Sequence record: LC819006.1 | Length of the DNA stretch: 64,000 nt | Direction: 5' to 3' (one strand) | Part shown: positions 26,002 through 35,800 of the stretch, in pieces | Position numbering within the stretch: position 1 is the stretch's first letter | Layout: each line of letters begins with the position of its first letter | Made by a program: the position numbers and the translations under genes | Notes under the pieces: model-generated | Told to the model about the DNA's origin: nothing | The model's database searches: none | Seen by the model: the letters and a program-made list of their open reading frames with translations, nothing else

Positions 26002-26886
26002 TTACTTCGTTTTAAAAAGGTTTACGACGTTTTGGGGTTTGGGACGAACCTTCAGATCCGGAATGCTCTCTTTCGTTTGCATCAGAACCTTGGTAGCCCA
26101 ATGGAAAACTTTTGAGGGTTTGTCTTCCGTATAACCACGCGGAATCGAAACACCAGTCGCCATGCTAAATGCCATAGCGCATTGCCGGAAGAAAGTTTCG
26201 TCCAGCAAATGGTAGAACTTGACCAGATGGGCGGGATCCTGATACAGGCCGTGCAATTCTGCCTGATGGATACTGCCGATGATGCGATCCAGTTCGATCG
26301 TGTTGAACATCTTGATCGGCCAGTCAGCGGGTGCTTCTTCGTCAGTATGGTAGACGATTCGGTCACGCTGGGTAATCACCATCGAGACGAGATAGTCCAG
26401 CACTTGCAGACCTTCGTAAGCCATGCGCTTCGGGATATGAGAACCCGTGAACATCGCGTTCGCATTGAAGTACGAGATCTGGCTAAGCTTCGCCATGATG
26501 TTAGCCGAAGTCTCCATCAATGCCGTGCCGAATTCTTCGTCACCTGGACGCATAGCACGAGCTTCGATTTCGTCGATCAGTAGCTTCGACATCGGCTCAC
26601 GTGCAAGGACCAGTTGTTCTACTTCCAGCAACCAGCCAGGCTGAACCTGAGTCGGATAAACTGCGACGCCTTTGAAGCCGAGCGTACGATGCTGAATCAA
26701 ACCATCCTTACCCGGCTTTACCGCTTCGAGTACAGGAGGTGTAATCTCACTACTTCCCATCCATTCATAAAGGCGAATGGAGTTAGATGACTGATGGAAC
26801 TTGCCATCGAAGTCTTTAATGCATCCTTCAATGCTTGGTAGTACATATTCTTGTTGTCCGAGATTGATTGTCAAAGGTGTGTTCAT
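26002..26886 (-). CDS. Hypothetical protein
   Basis: 294-aa ORF abutting the upstream stop. GGAG SD. Confidence 0.65.
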   Translation of the reverse strand: MNTPLTINLGQQEYVLPSIEGCIKDFDGKFHQSSNSIRLYEWMGSSEITPPVLEAVKPGKDGLIQHRTLGFKGVAVYPTQVQPGWLLEVEQLVLAREPMSKLLIDEIEARAMRPGDEEFGTALMETSANIMAKLSQISYFNANAMFTGSHIPKRMAYEGLQVLDYLVSMVITQRDRIVYHTDEEAPADWPIKMFNTIELDRIIGSIHQAELHGLYQDPAHLVKFYHLLDETFFRQCAMAFSMATGVSIPRGYTEDKPSKVFHWATKVLMQTKESIPDLKVRPKPQNVVNLFKTK

Positions 26887-27420
26887 TTAATAACTCCGGT
26901 TCGATAGGCGCTGAGCCGTTACCACGTTTTGCGGAAAGTCATTCAGTTCGTCGAAATGACTCTCATGTACGTCCACCCTGAAGGTGAAGTTATTGATCTT
27001 GGTGATCTCGGTGACAGCAGTAAGATCGCTCGTGTAATGAGGATCGTCCTCATGACCACGAGGCATCTGGTGAGGCGCGAAGTAATAGCCTGCACCTTGC
27101 AGTTCTGAAAATACTTCTTCACCGCAGAACAAAATCAGATCTCTTAAGCGATCCCGATCCAGATGTGAGAGATGGTATCGACCAATCCCAAACTGATTCA
27201 GGATGCTATATGCGAGATCTTCGAGATTCTGTTCGCATGCAGCCATTGATCGCGGAAACATTGCACACGCGGTCATGACTTCTTCCATGAAAGCATAAAA
27301 CGTCAACGCTTTCAGAAACCGGTAATACTCAGGCCATGGTGCGATTTGTGCTAGCTCAGTCTCCTTAACGAACTCTTCGTAAGAGCGTTTGAGCCTTATA
27401 ACAAAAGTGAGTTGTGCCAT
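26887..27420 (-). CDS. Hypothetical protein
   Basis: 177-aa ORF. Confidence 0.6.
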   Translation of the reverse strand: MAQLTFVIRLKRSYEEFVKETELAQIAPWPEYYRFLKALTFYAFMEEVMTACAMFPRSMAACEQNLEDLAYSILNQFGIGRYHLSHLDRDRLRDLILFCGEEVFSELQGAGYYFAPHQMPRGHEDDPHYTSDLTAVTEITKINNFTFRVDVHESHFDELNDFPQNVVTAQRLSNRSY

Positions 27421-27829
27421 TTCGCAGGGGATGTTTTACAACGATTGCAAAATTGGAACGAGAGACTGGAATGACCCTGACGGGTCGAGTTCCTCTCTCA
27501 CGGATGTAATCGAAAAGATGAATGTCTTCAAACATCTCAACGATAGATTCACAGATTGCAAAAAGAATCCCGCAGATCTTTGCATACGGTTCATCTTGCG
27601 AGAAGATGTATTCCGGAACGATTCCTTTATCGCAGAGTTTGCCGATGAAGTAATCGATCTCGTTTATTTGTTCACGAGCTTCTTGTACATTATTCAGTCC
27701 CTCAGTGAGGAACTTAACTAACTCTTCCAACAGATCGCGACGGTTAACGTCCTCGAACATTCCGGTCGTATCGAAACGACGTATATGGCGATCAATGTTG
27801 AAGATCACACCGAATCGATATTTCGCCAT
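27365..27829 (-). CDS. Hypothetical protein
   Basis: ATG 27829 (MAKYRF...) lies just after the structured leader. Confidence 0.55.
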   Translation of the reverse strand: MAKYRFGVIFNIDRHIRRFDTTGMFEDVNRRDLLEELVKFLTEGLNNVQEAREQINEIDYFIGKLCDKGIVPEYIFSQDEPYAKICGILFAICESIVEMFEDIHLFDYIRERGTRPVRVIPVSRSNFAIVVKHPLRNGTTHFCYKAQTLLRRVR

Positions 27830-27841
27830 GATTACCCAATT

Positions 27842-28000
27842 AGAAAAAGATCCCCGTCCAGACCCGAGAGGGTCTGGATCGGGGCGACACTTATGACACG
27901 ACAGGATCAACGGCTAAATCGGATCACTCACCATGCCATTAGTCCCGAGAGAATAGCGCCCGAGTCGAGGAGAAGACTCTGGAGATGGGCAGCTATTCAA
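27842..28000 (-). ncRNA. Candidate structured early small RNA or attenuating leader
   Basis: Non-coding gap between early promoter (28005-28021) and a GC-rich hairpin plus U-tract (27842-27884). Internal long stem at 27951-27998. Confidence 0.45.
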
Positions 28001-28004
28001 TTAG

Positions 28005-28021
28005 GTAATATATCGGTGAAA
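28005..28021 (-). promoter_or_regulatory. Early promoter TTTCACC-GATATATTAC
   Basis: Immediately after the thyA stop. Confidence 0.72.
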
Positions 28022-28025
28022 TCAG

Positions 28026-29267
28026 TTACACCGCTGCCGGCTTGAAACGGATCGGCGGGTGCGACTTGTAGTACACCGTCAGGCGAGTGGAGTCGAACTT
28101 CGTCACGTCTTCCAGAGTCGGGTCGACAATGATGCGAGCCGGTTCCATCGGCGTGCGTTCCAGTTGTTTCTTCACGCCTTCATGCTGGTCGTGGTAGATG
28201 TGGTAGTCACCCATGAAGTGGGTGTATTCCCACGGAACGAAACCCGTGACTTCAGCGAGCAGGTGAGCAAGCAACGAGTACATGCCGACATTGAACACCG
28301 TGCCGAGCGGCACGTCTTGCGAACGAGCGAAGCATGCGAGCGAGAGCTTGCGTGCAGTGAAACCGCCGTCGAGGATCTTGTCGACTTCCAGCTGACCCGC
28401 TTCGGTGAGTTCGAGTTCGCTGTCGTTGCCCAGGTTGTACTGCATACCCTTGCCGACGAGCAGACCGCGAGTAACGAGCTCATTGTTGATGCGTGTCTTG
28501 TAGTACAGTTCCTGCGCTTCGTGCGACAGACCGCGCATTCCGCCGAAGACTTCCTTGAAGATCGCGACTGCGAAGTCTTCCTGATCCATCGAGTAGCGCA
28601 GGACTTCGAATGCGGACATCGGGGCCGTGTTGACCTGCCACATCGAGTGACACGGAGCGAGTGCCATACGACCAGCGTCTGCGTTCTGTGCAGGCGTCAT
28701 CTTGGTGTCGGGCAACAGACCTGCGTGCCATACATTCACGACCAGACGACGGCTGTCCGGATTGTTCTTCAGTTCGTTGACGATGTTCATCAGCTGATCG
28801 ACACCACCGCGCCCGCCGCTTTCGAACGGCGTCATCTTCTTGGCTGTTTCCTTCAGGAAGTATTCGCGGATTTCCGGCAGGTTCAGATCGAGCGTGCCGT
28901 AGTCGTTTGCGATCTTATCGAAGATTGCATTGACATCGCCTTCGTCCAGGCCGGTCGTCCAGTTACGCCACTGTTCGCCGTACATCGGTCCGATCGTGCC
29001 GCTTTCCGGACCCGTCCACGAGTTCCAGATCTTGTTGTCGCGGTCCTGCAGCCAGTCGACCGAGATGATGCCCTTGAGCATCCATTCCAGTTCTTCGGCG
29101 ATCTTCTTGTACTTCACCTCGCGCGTGGTCAGAATCGGCCAGATGCCGTGACGCAGCGAGAACTTCATCATGCCGCCGAACTTCGATGTCGTACCCGTGC
29201 CAGTACGATCGGTCTTCACATCGCCCGTTTCCAGGATGTCTTTCAAAACGTCGAGATACTGTTTCAT
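28026..29267 (-). CDS. thyA: Thymidylate synthase with two large insertions
   Basis: DRTGTGT, GPMYGEQWR, NPDSRR, ALAPCH (catalytic Cys), RSQDVPLGTVFN, GDYHIY. Confidence 0.95.
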   Translation of the reverse strand: MKQYLDVLKDILETGDVKTDRTGTGTTSKFGGMMKFSLRHGIWPILTTREVKYKKIAEELEWMLKGIISVDWLQDRDNKIWNSWTGPESGTIGPMYGEQWRNWTTGLDEGDVNAIFDKIANDYGTLDLNLPEIREYFLKETAKKMTPFESGGRGGVDQLMNIVNELKNNPDSRRLVVNVWHAGLLPDTKMTPAQNADAGRMALAPCHSMWQVNTAPMSAFEVLRYSMDQEDFAVAIFKEVFGGMRGLSHEAQELYYKTRINNELVTRGLLVGKGMQYNLGNDSELELTEAGQLEVDKILDGGFTARKLSLACFARSQDVPLGTVFNVGMYSLLAHLLAEVTGFVPWEYTHFMGDYHIYHDQHEGVKKQLERTPMEPARIIVDPTLEDVTKFDSTRLTVYYKSHPPIRFKPAAV

Positions 29268-29300
29268 TTATTTTTCACCAAAAAAAATACTGCTGTTAAG

Positions 29301-29681
29301 TTACAGACGAATTTCCATGACCGACAATCGAGTGCCGGGCTTAATGATCACTCGTTCGGGAAGAGGAATACAACTAATCTGTTCTAGATACTTTTTGAAG
29401 TAATACATCGTCTCTTCAACTCGCAGCAGATAGGACATTACATCCGCTGGGAGCCTGCCGAGTCTTTCTCTGATGTCGATTTCAACATCGTCCAGGAATT
29501 CACATAGGACGTAATCGAAATCGTCGCCATCTCGAACCATTTGTCCTTGCAGTCTTTCGACCAATTCCTCACAGAGTTCGAGATAATCGTATTCTATAAA
29601 AATCGGCTGTTCTTCTCTTAACAGCCGACTGATGCGTCTTTTCTCGTAAGTATCACCGACGAGGTAGCGGGTTTCTCGCAT
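29301..29681 (-). CDS. Acidic hypothetical protein
   Basis: 126-aa ORF, weak SD. Confidence 0.55.
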   Translation of the reverse strand: MRETRYLVGDTYEKRRISRLLREEQPIFIEYDYLELCEELVERLQGQMVRDGDDFDYVLCEFLDDVEIDIRERLGRLPADVMSYLLRVEETMYYFKKYLEQISCIPLPERVIIKPGTRLSVMEIRL

Positions 29682-30031
29682 TTGCGTATCAATCCGAAAA
29701 GCGACAACGGACTAACGTTGTAGATCTCGAAGTCTCCTAATGAATCTAGAAGTTCGAACTGTTGCAACTGTCTAACCATTTGCTTAGCCAACTTCGCAAG
29801 CTTCCGTAGAATCTTGTTGGCCTTTTCAAAAGTATTTCCTTGAGCATAAAGATAGCGACGGGTGCCTTCCAGGTAGTATCTCAAACTTTTGGAAGACTTC
29901 TTCACGCCGAATACTCGGCTCACCCGAAGGTGTTCGTAAAATCCTTCCAGAAGTTTAAAATATCGCCGCTTAAAGCGAACGAGCTTTGGGACTGGCTTTT
30001 TAAAGCCAAAAAGAAGAATGTCTGTTTTCAT
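29618..30031 (-). CDS. Basic hypothetical protein
   Basis: ATG 30031 just downstream of early promoter 30073. AT-rich, no clear SD. Confidence 0.5.
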   Translation of the reverse strand: MKTDILLFGFKKPVPKLVRFKRRYFKLLEGFYEHLRVSRVFGVKKSSKSLRYYLEGTRRYLYAQGNTFEKANKILRKLAKLAKQMVRQLQQFELLDSLGDFEIYNVSPLSLFGLIRKCEKPATSSVILTRKDASVGC

Positions 30032-30072
30032 GCCAATGAAAGGTTGATATGAAATCAACTTACAACAAAGTT

Positions 30073-30089
30073 GTAATATATGGCTGATC
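30073..30089 (-). promoter_or_regulatory. Early promoter GATCAGC-CATATATTAC
   Basis: Intergenic, after terminator 30118-30144. Confidence 0.68.
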
Positions 30090-30117
30090 AAAACTGGAAT
30101 AAAACGGACATAAAGGA

Positions 30118-30144
30118 TACCAGGAGGCACGAAGCCTCCTGGTA
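30118..30144 (-). terminator. Hairpin after the 29-aa peptide gene
   Basis: TACCAGGAGGC-ACGAA-GCCTCCTGGTA. Confidence 0.7.
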
Positions 30145-30169
30145 CTCTCACTCAGTCCTGACTAGCAGG

Positions 30170-30259
30170 TTACTTCACGAACAACCACGGAAAGCACATT
30201 TCCCAACATGCTTGTACCATGATGCCGTAGGCAAGGCCCATCTGTGCCGGAAGCCACAT
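30170..30259 (-). CDS. 29-aa hydrophobic peptide
   Basis: Manual translation MWLPAQMGLAYGIMVQACWEMCFPWLFVK*. Strong GAGAGGTG SD, followed by a terminator. Confidence 0.55.
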   Translation of the reverse strand: MWLPAQMGLAYGIMVQACWEMCFPWLFVK

Positions 30260-30274
30260 GTTACACCTCTCGCC

Positions 30275-31516
30275 TTACGCCTTTTCGAGCGCGTCGAATT
30301 CGCCGGTGATCTTGGCGAACTGGTCGTTGGTCAGCTGGAAGATGACGCGAGCGATGTACAGTGCGTGCGAGATCTTTTCGCCGGGTTCGAGCGTTTCGTT
30401 CAGGCGATTGTATTCACCTTCCAGAATGCCCGAGTTCAACACGTCACGCACCAGCGGCCACTTGCTTTCATCGCTGCACTGCTTCTCGATGACGGCCAAG
30501 TACACACCCTTCTCTTCCATCGACAGATCGTCGAACTCTGCCTTGGTCAGGAGGTATTCACCCAACACGCCGCGCTGCGAGGCGTACGAGACCACGGCAC
30601 CCGTTTCTTCACGCGGTACTGCGATCGTGTCGCCTGCGAAGTCGTCAGCGACCTTCTCGACCGTAGCTTCCGGAGTCGGATCGTTCTCGTCCAGCTGAAC
30701 GTTCACTTGCGTGCGCGGCGGTTCTTCGATTTCCGAAGCCGGGTTCTGCGGAGTAGGCTGTTCCTTCTTGACCTTTTCCTTCTTCTTACCCGCGCCGTTC
30801 TGTTGGCCGTTGTTGAACTTCTCGCCGAGAGCTTGCAGGCCCGCGCCGACATAGTTCTTGAACTGGCCGTCGCTGAACACGAGCTTCGGGTTGAACGCGA
30901 GTGCCGGCAGGTTCTGCTTGATCTTCGACAGGATTTCCGCTTGCAGGCGGTCCGGACCGATGAAGTCCGCGAGATCGACGACGGGCGAGACGATCGTGAA
31001 TTCGAAAGCTTGATCAGCGTCGCTGCCTTCCTTCAGCCAGAGCTTGCCCTTGATGCCGTCGACCTTCGGGCCGTTTTGCACGCCGCGGATGGCGTTGAAC
31101 CACACGAGGTTGCCCAGTGGAACCTGGATGGTCTCGACGAGCGGCTTGTTGCGGCCATGCGAGACCGACGAGTAGTCGACGCGGTTCGTGTTCAGTTGCA
31201 GCAGGTTGCGAAAGAGCGTGGTCAACTGGCTTTCCGACGGCAGGGACGGCGCTTCGGTCAGACCGTAGTGGTTCTTGAACGAGTCGCTGTTGACGAGTGC
31301 CGACAGAGCGTTCGCGAGCTTCGTGACGAGGTCCTTCACGTTCTTGCGATGCTTCTTCAGTTCCGCCAGGTTGCGGTGCAGGCGCCAGTAAGCGACTTCG
31401 CCGTTGGGTAGCTTGACAGCACCCGAGGGCAGGTCGGCCGACAGCGTGTTGAAGATCTTCGGCAGCGGCAGGAACTGGATGGTCTGGCCTTCGACGGTGC
31501 GTTGGAGTTTGCTCAT
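30275..31516 (-). CDS. Hypothetical protein, probably highly expressed
   Basis: 413 aa with capsid-like codon bias and a central low-complexity linker. Confidence 0.75.
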   Translation of the reverse strand: MSKLQRTVEGQTIQFLPLPKIFNTLSADLPSGAVKLPNGEVAYWRLHRNLAELKKHRKNVKDLVTKLANALSALVNSDSFKNHYGLTEAPSLPSESQLTTLFRNLLQLNTNRVDYSSVSHGRNKPLVETIQVPLGNLVWFNAIRGVQNGPKVDGIKGKLWLKEGSDADQAFEFTIVSPVVDLADFIGPDRLQAEILSKIKQNLPALAFNPKLVFSDGQFKNYVGAGLQALGEKFNNGQQNGAGKKKEKVKKEQPTPQNPASEIEEPPRTQVNVQLDENDPTPEATVEKVADDFAGDTIAVPREETGAVVSYASQRGVLGEYLLTKAEFDDLSMEEKGVYLAVIEKQCSDESKWPLVRDVLNSGILEGEYNRLNETLEPGEKISHALYIARVIFQLTNDQFAKITGEFDALEKA

Positions 31517-31714
31517 GATGTACTCTTGAGTGAGATTTTTGAAAGTCCCGAATATCGGGCACGGTAAATGACTGGATACGCTCAGTCAGCTTTTCCAGCG
31601 AATGGATCGGTTTTAAGTCAGCACGTGAAACAGATGCGTATCATGCCAAATCATAACGACATCTCAGTAGAAAATAACTTAGTAGACAAGGAGCCGAAGC
31701 CCCCTGTCTTTTTG

Positions 31715-32128
31715 TTATAGTGAATGGTACAAATGCACGGCCCAGTACATGATTTTTCGCTTCCACCACGGAGTACCCAGTACCTTCATGGCTTTCTCGA
31801 AAATCAGGTCGACTTCGTCTTGCGAAATCTTCAGAACCGGATTATCCCCGTTCCTCGTCAGTGCGAGAGTCGTGCACAGGTAATCGTGCGTAACTGCTGC
31901 CTGACCGTACACACCCCAGGGAGGAAAGATTCCCCACAGAAGACGCGGAACAGTTGCGCCATCCGTGATGAACCCTTTCGGGACGGTAACGTATTTTTGG
32001 TCTGTGACCTCTCCGATGAAAAACGTGAACGTATCATCGGTATGCCAGAGGTCTTTGTCTTTTGCTTTCGACTGTGCTTCGTCGTAAATGATGCCGACGT
32101 CGTTGTCGAATGAACCCACGATTGCCAT
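31715..32128 (-). CDS. DUF1353-like protein
   Basis: VPKGFITDGATVPR.LW...P.G.Y..AAVTHDYL. Confidence 0.8.
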   Translation of the reverse strand: MAIVGSFDNDVGIIYDEAQSKAKDKDLWHTDDTFTFFIGEVTDQKYVTVPKGFITDGATVPRLLWGIFPPWGVYGQAAVTHDYLCTTLALTRNGDNPVLKISQDEVDLIFEKAMKVLGTPWWKRKIMYWAVHLYHSL

Positions 32129-32164
32129 ACTCTCTCACTTGGCTGTTAAACCAAATGATCATAA

Positions 32165-32192
32165 ACTAGAGAGGGCTTTCGCCCTCTCTAGT
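32165..32192 (-). terminator. Hairpin (GAAA loop) after the tail fibre chaperone gene
   Basis: ACTAGAGAGGGC-TTTC-GCCCTCTCTAGT. Confidence 0.7.
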
Positions 32193-32206
32193 CTACGTTT
32201 CGTTAA

Positions 32207-32875
32207 TTAAGACGGAAGCGTGATCTCTGCCGGAACTGCCGGGAGGTCTGCTGCCGTAGCAGCTTTCGTCACAGCGTCCTTCAGTGTCCAGCCCGCGCCC
32301 AAGAAGCCAAGATACGCTTCGTAGGCTGCATCCGACAAGTCCACGATCTGTGCCGGAGTACACATGTGGGTCACGTTCTCCCAGTCACGGAAAGGCATCA
32401 CCGCATCGGTAACACCCTGAGTGACCAGCTTGTCCGCGCGAATGCGGGCGCTGGCGATATTACCGCGATCACCGTCGCGCAACTGCACATGGCCAGCCAC
32501 ATCGGAGAACGCGAACGAGAAGCCCTTTTCCAGAGCAGCCGTCAGTTTGTTGGTGATGTCCGTCATCATGGCCGTCTTCGTGACATCCAACTGCGATGCC
32601 ACTTCATCGGCCGTGAACGAGCGAACGTTCCAGACTTGAGACCACACGCCGTTTGCGAAGACAGGATCGCCTTCGGTCACGACGTCTCCCGTCGGCTGAG
32701 CTACTTCCTGAACGATGAAGTAACCCAGACCGTTGAGGTATTCCTCTTCGGTTTCGTCCGGGAACGAGATGTTGGGGTTGTCCTGCCGCACTTGACCCAT
32801 GTACACGGGATAGGTGTTGGCTTGACCTTCCGCACCGATTTTGATCAGGCGGGTAGACGCGTTGATGGTCGTCAT
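32207..32875 (-). CDS. Tail fibre assembly-associated protein (DUF4376-like C-terminus)
   Basis: Directly after the fibre gene. VQLRDGDRGNI...FRDWENVT pattern. Confidence 0.65.
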   Translation of the reverse strand: MTTINASTRLIKIGAEGQANTYPVYMGQVRQDNPNISFPDETEEEYLNGLGYFIVQEVAQPTGDVVTEGDPVFANGVWSQVWNVRSFTADEVASQLDVTKTAMMTDITNKLTAALEKGFSFAFSDVAGHVQLRDGDRGNIASARIRADKLVTQGVTDAVMPFRDWENVTHMCTPAQIVDLSDAAYEAYLGFLGAGWTLKDAVTKAATAADLPAVPAEITLPS

Positions 32876-32890
32876 GTTTGTTAGCTCCTA

Positions 32891-35800
32891 TTAGTTCGGA
32901 ACCGAGCCGACCCATTCCGTACCGTCCCAGTTCAGGACAACGGTGGTCGTGCTGTTGGTCAGCGGAGGCGCCGAGCCGTCGAACCAACGGATGGTGTTGG
33001 TCCAGGTCATGGCGTTCGTCTTGCCGTAGATCTTCACGATCACGGTAGTCGTGCGGTCCGATGCCGGGAGGTTCGTCATCGTGATCGCAGCAGCAGCCGT
33101 ATTCTGGATACGGAAGGTACGCGCAACCGAGAGGTCAAGCGTAACCGCACCAGCGGAGATCGCAGCATCGACAGCCTTCAGAGTGTAGGTATCCAGACGA
33201 GTCCAGGCACCGCTCTTCATGATGTACGTGCCCGTATCTGCCGGGATCGTATCAATCAGGGTATCTTGCACCCACAGACCGTTGGACAACACGTAATGCT
33301 TACCCGTGTTATCCGTCGGCAAGGCGTTCACGACCGAAGGCAGGTCCACCCAGCCCGAGTCGTTGTAGCCACGGTATTTACCCGTTGCTGCCGGAGCGTT
33401 CAGGTTACCCCCGCCGATGTGACCCAGCGATGCCCAGGTGGACGTCGAGGTCTTGCGGAAGAATTCCTGCGTGTTGCTGTTAAAGAAGTAGTCGCCGACG
33501 TTACCGTCTTGCGCTTGCGGATCGCGCGTGAGCACAATCCAGAGCGTACCTTGCGGACCAGTCGGACCTGCAGGACCCGTGAGACCTTGCAGACCACGCA
33601 GACCCTGGATACCCTGCGGACCTTGAGCACCAACCACGTGACCGAGGTTGAACCACTGCGAAGTGGTCGACAACCAGATCCAGCAGTTGTAAGTGCCAGG
33701 CGAGGACGAATCCGGAATCGCATAGCCCGTACCAGCGGTACCCGTACCCGGGAGTTGGCTGGAATCGCTCAACGTGCCGATGATCGAAATCGCCGGACCC
33801 GTCGGGCCTTGAGGGCCAGTCGCACCATCTGCGCCTGCAGGACCTTGCGGACCCGTGGTCAGGGTGATGTAGTCGTTGATGGTTGCGCCGGGGGAGAGCT
33901 TTCCGGCTGCGATGGCGTCCTGGACCGCAGAAGCGCCGGTAGGACCGACAAGCGAGGCGAGCCACTGGGCTTGCGTACCCACAAATCCGCCAGCGACGGC
34001 TGCTTGGTAGGCGCTCTGGCCAGTTGCGCCAGTTGCGCCAGTGTTACCTGTGTCACCTTTGGGACCCTGTGGACCTTGGGCCACCGGACCTGCATCGACC
34101 CAGGTGGTACCATTGTTGATGAAGATGTGACCAGCAGCGGTCGCCACTTGGGAAAGCGTACCAGCAGGGATCGCACCGGAGCTTGCGAAGTCGCCGATGT
34201 AGGCGAGACTCGTACCAGCAGGACCCGTTGCACCCGTGTTACCGGTCGGACCAGTTGCCCCGGTAGCACCCGTAGCACCAGTATCGCCCTTCGCACCCTT
34301 GAGGGATGCGAGCCATGCCGTGACATCGCCAGCGAAGCCTTGAGCCACAGCAACCGTATAGGCGCTGTCGCCTTGCAGACCCTTCAGCGACGCGAGCCAC
34401 TGAGCCTGGGTACCGGCAAAGCCAGCATCCACAGCGACTTGGTAAGCGGACTTACCATCGGCACCAGTCGGACCCTGCAAGCCTTGCGGGCCTTGCACAC
34501 CGATCTGACCGTTGTCGGTCCAGCCGTTGGTTGCATCCCACAAGTAGATGTGGTTGGTATCGGTCGTGGTAGCAGCAGCGCCCGTGTGCGTTCCCGTCGG
34601 CAGAGCAGCAGCATTCGCAAACTGACCGATGTACGTGAAACTCACGCCATCTGCGCCCTTAAGCGAAGCCAGCCATTCCGTCACAGTGCCAGCGAAACCA
34701 GCAGCTTGCGCTTGCTGATAGGCCGACAGACCGTTGGTGCCGTTCGTACCGTTTGCACCACGCCACTGACCCATGTTGACGAACTGAGCCGTCGACGAGT
34801 TGTAGACGTAGATGAAACCACCGATTTCGTAAGCATCGCCATTGGCGTTGCCCGAGCTCGGCAGCAGACCGGTATTCGCAAGCGAACCCTTTGCGTTGAC
34901 AGGTTGACCAACCGGACCTTGAGCGCCAGTAGCGCCAGCAGGACCCGTCAGGTTGCCCATGTCGACCCAGGCAGCACCATCCCACGAATACAGGTGACCC
35001 TGTACGCCGTAGGAATCGCCCACGCTGTTGCCAGCCGAAGGCAGTGCACCGACGTTTGCGACAGTGCCCTTCGGCTTCATCGCATTACCGGCAGGACCCT
35101 GCTCGCCTTGAGGACCGGTTGCACCCGTATCACCCTTCGGACCAACGTTGCGGCCGAGGTTCACGAACTGCGAGTTGATCCAGACGTGGAAGTCATAGCC
35201 GTCCGTGTCGTTACCGACCAGATAACCATGGTTGTTGGTGCCCGTTGCCGGCAGATCGCCAGTCGTTGCAACCGTACCGTCAGCCACGAACGAAATCGCC
35301 GTATCGCCCTTGGCACCTTGCGGACCAGTGATGTACGTGATGAACTTCGCGAGCGTGTCGACTTCCGGGTGTTGAGCGCGAATGACGTCCCATGCGGACG
35401 AGCCTTGCGGGCCCGTTGCGCCGGTCGGACCAACAGGGCCTTGCAGACCTTGTTGACCTTGAAGCTGCCATGTCGTACCCTGCCACACATACATGACCGT
35501 ACCAACCAGCCATGCATCGCCGTTACGCTGACCGGAAACCGGCAGGTAGTCCGACGAGGGGAGTGAGCCGAGCACCGTGATACCCGAGCCGTCTTTACCA
35601 GGCAAGCCCTGGAAGTCACCCATGTCGGTCCATTCACCGTTCAGGTTCATCCAGACATGCGTGCCGACGAAGAAGTAGTCGGCTTGTTCGTAGCCCGAAA
35701 CATCCGGCAGATCTGCCGACGTATTCACCGAACCCACGAGATGGCCGAGCACTGAGCTTTGGCCTGCGGGACCGGCTGCACCGGTATCGCCCTTGGCACC

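Noticed and set aside
28026-29267. ThyA homolog as a dCMP hydroxymethylase or base-modification enzyme, and its inserts as inteins
   Set aside because: The Asn of RS.D...G..FN is retained (dUMP-type). The inserts lack intein N-terminal Cys/Ser and C-terminal His-Asn motifs.
31652-31655. TATG late-promoter motifs upstream of structural genes (for example 31652, 46391)
   Set aside because: A 4-nt motif is too frequent to support without TSS data.
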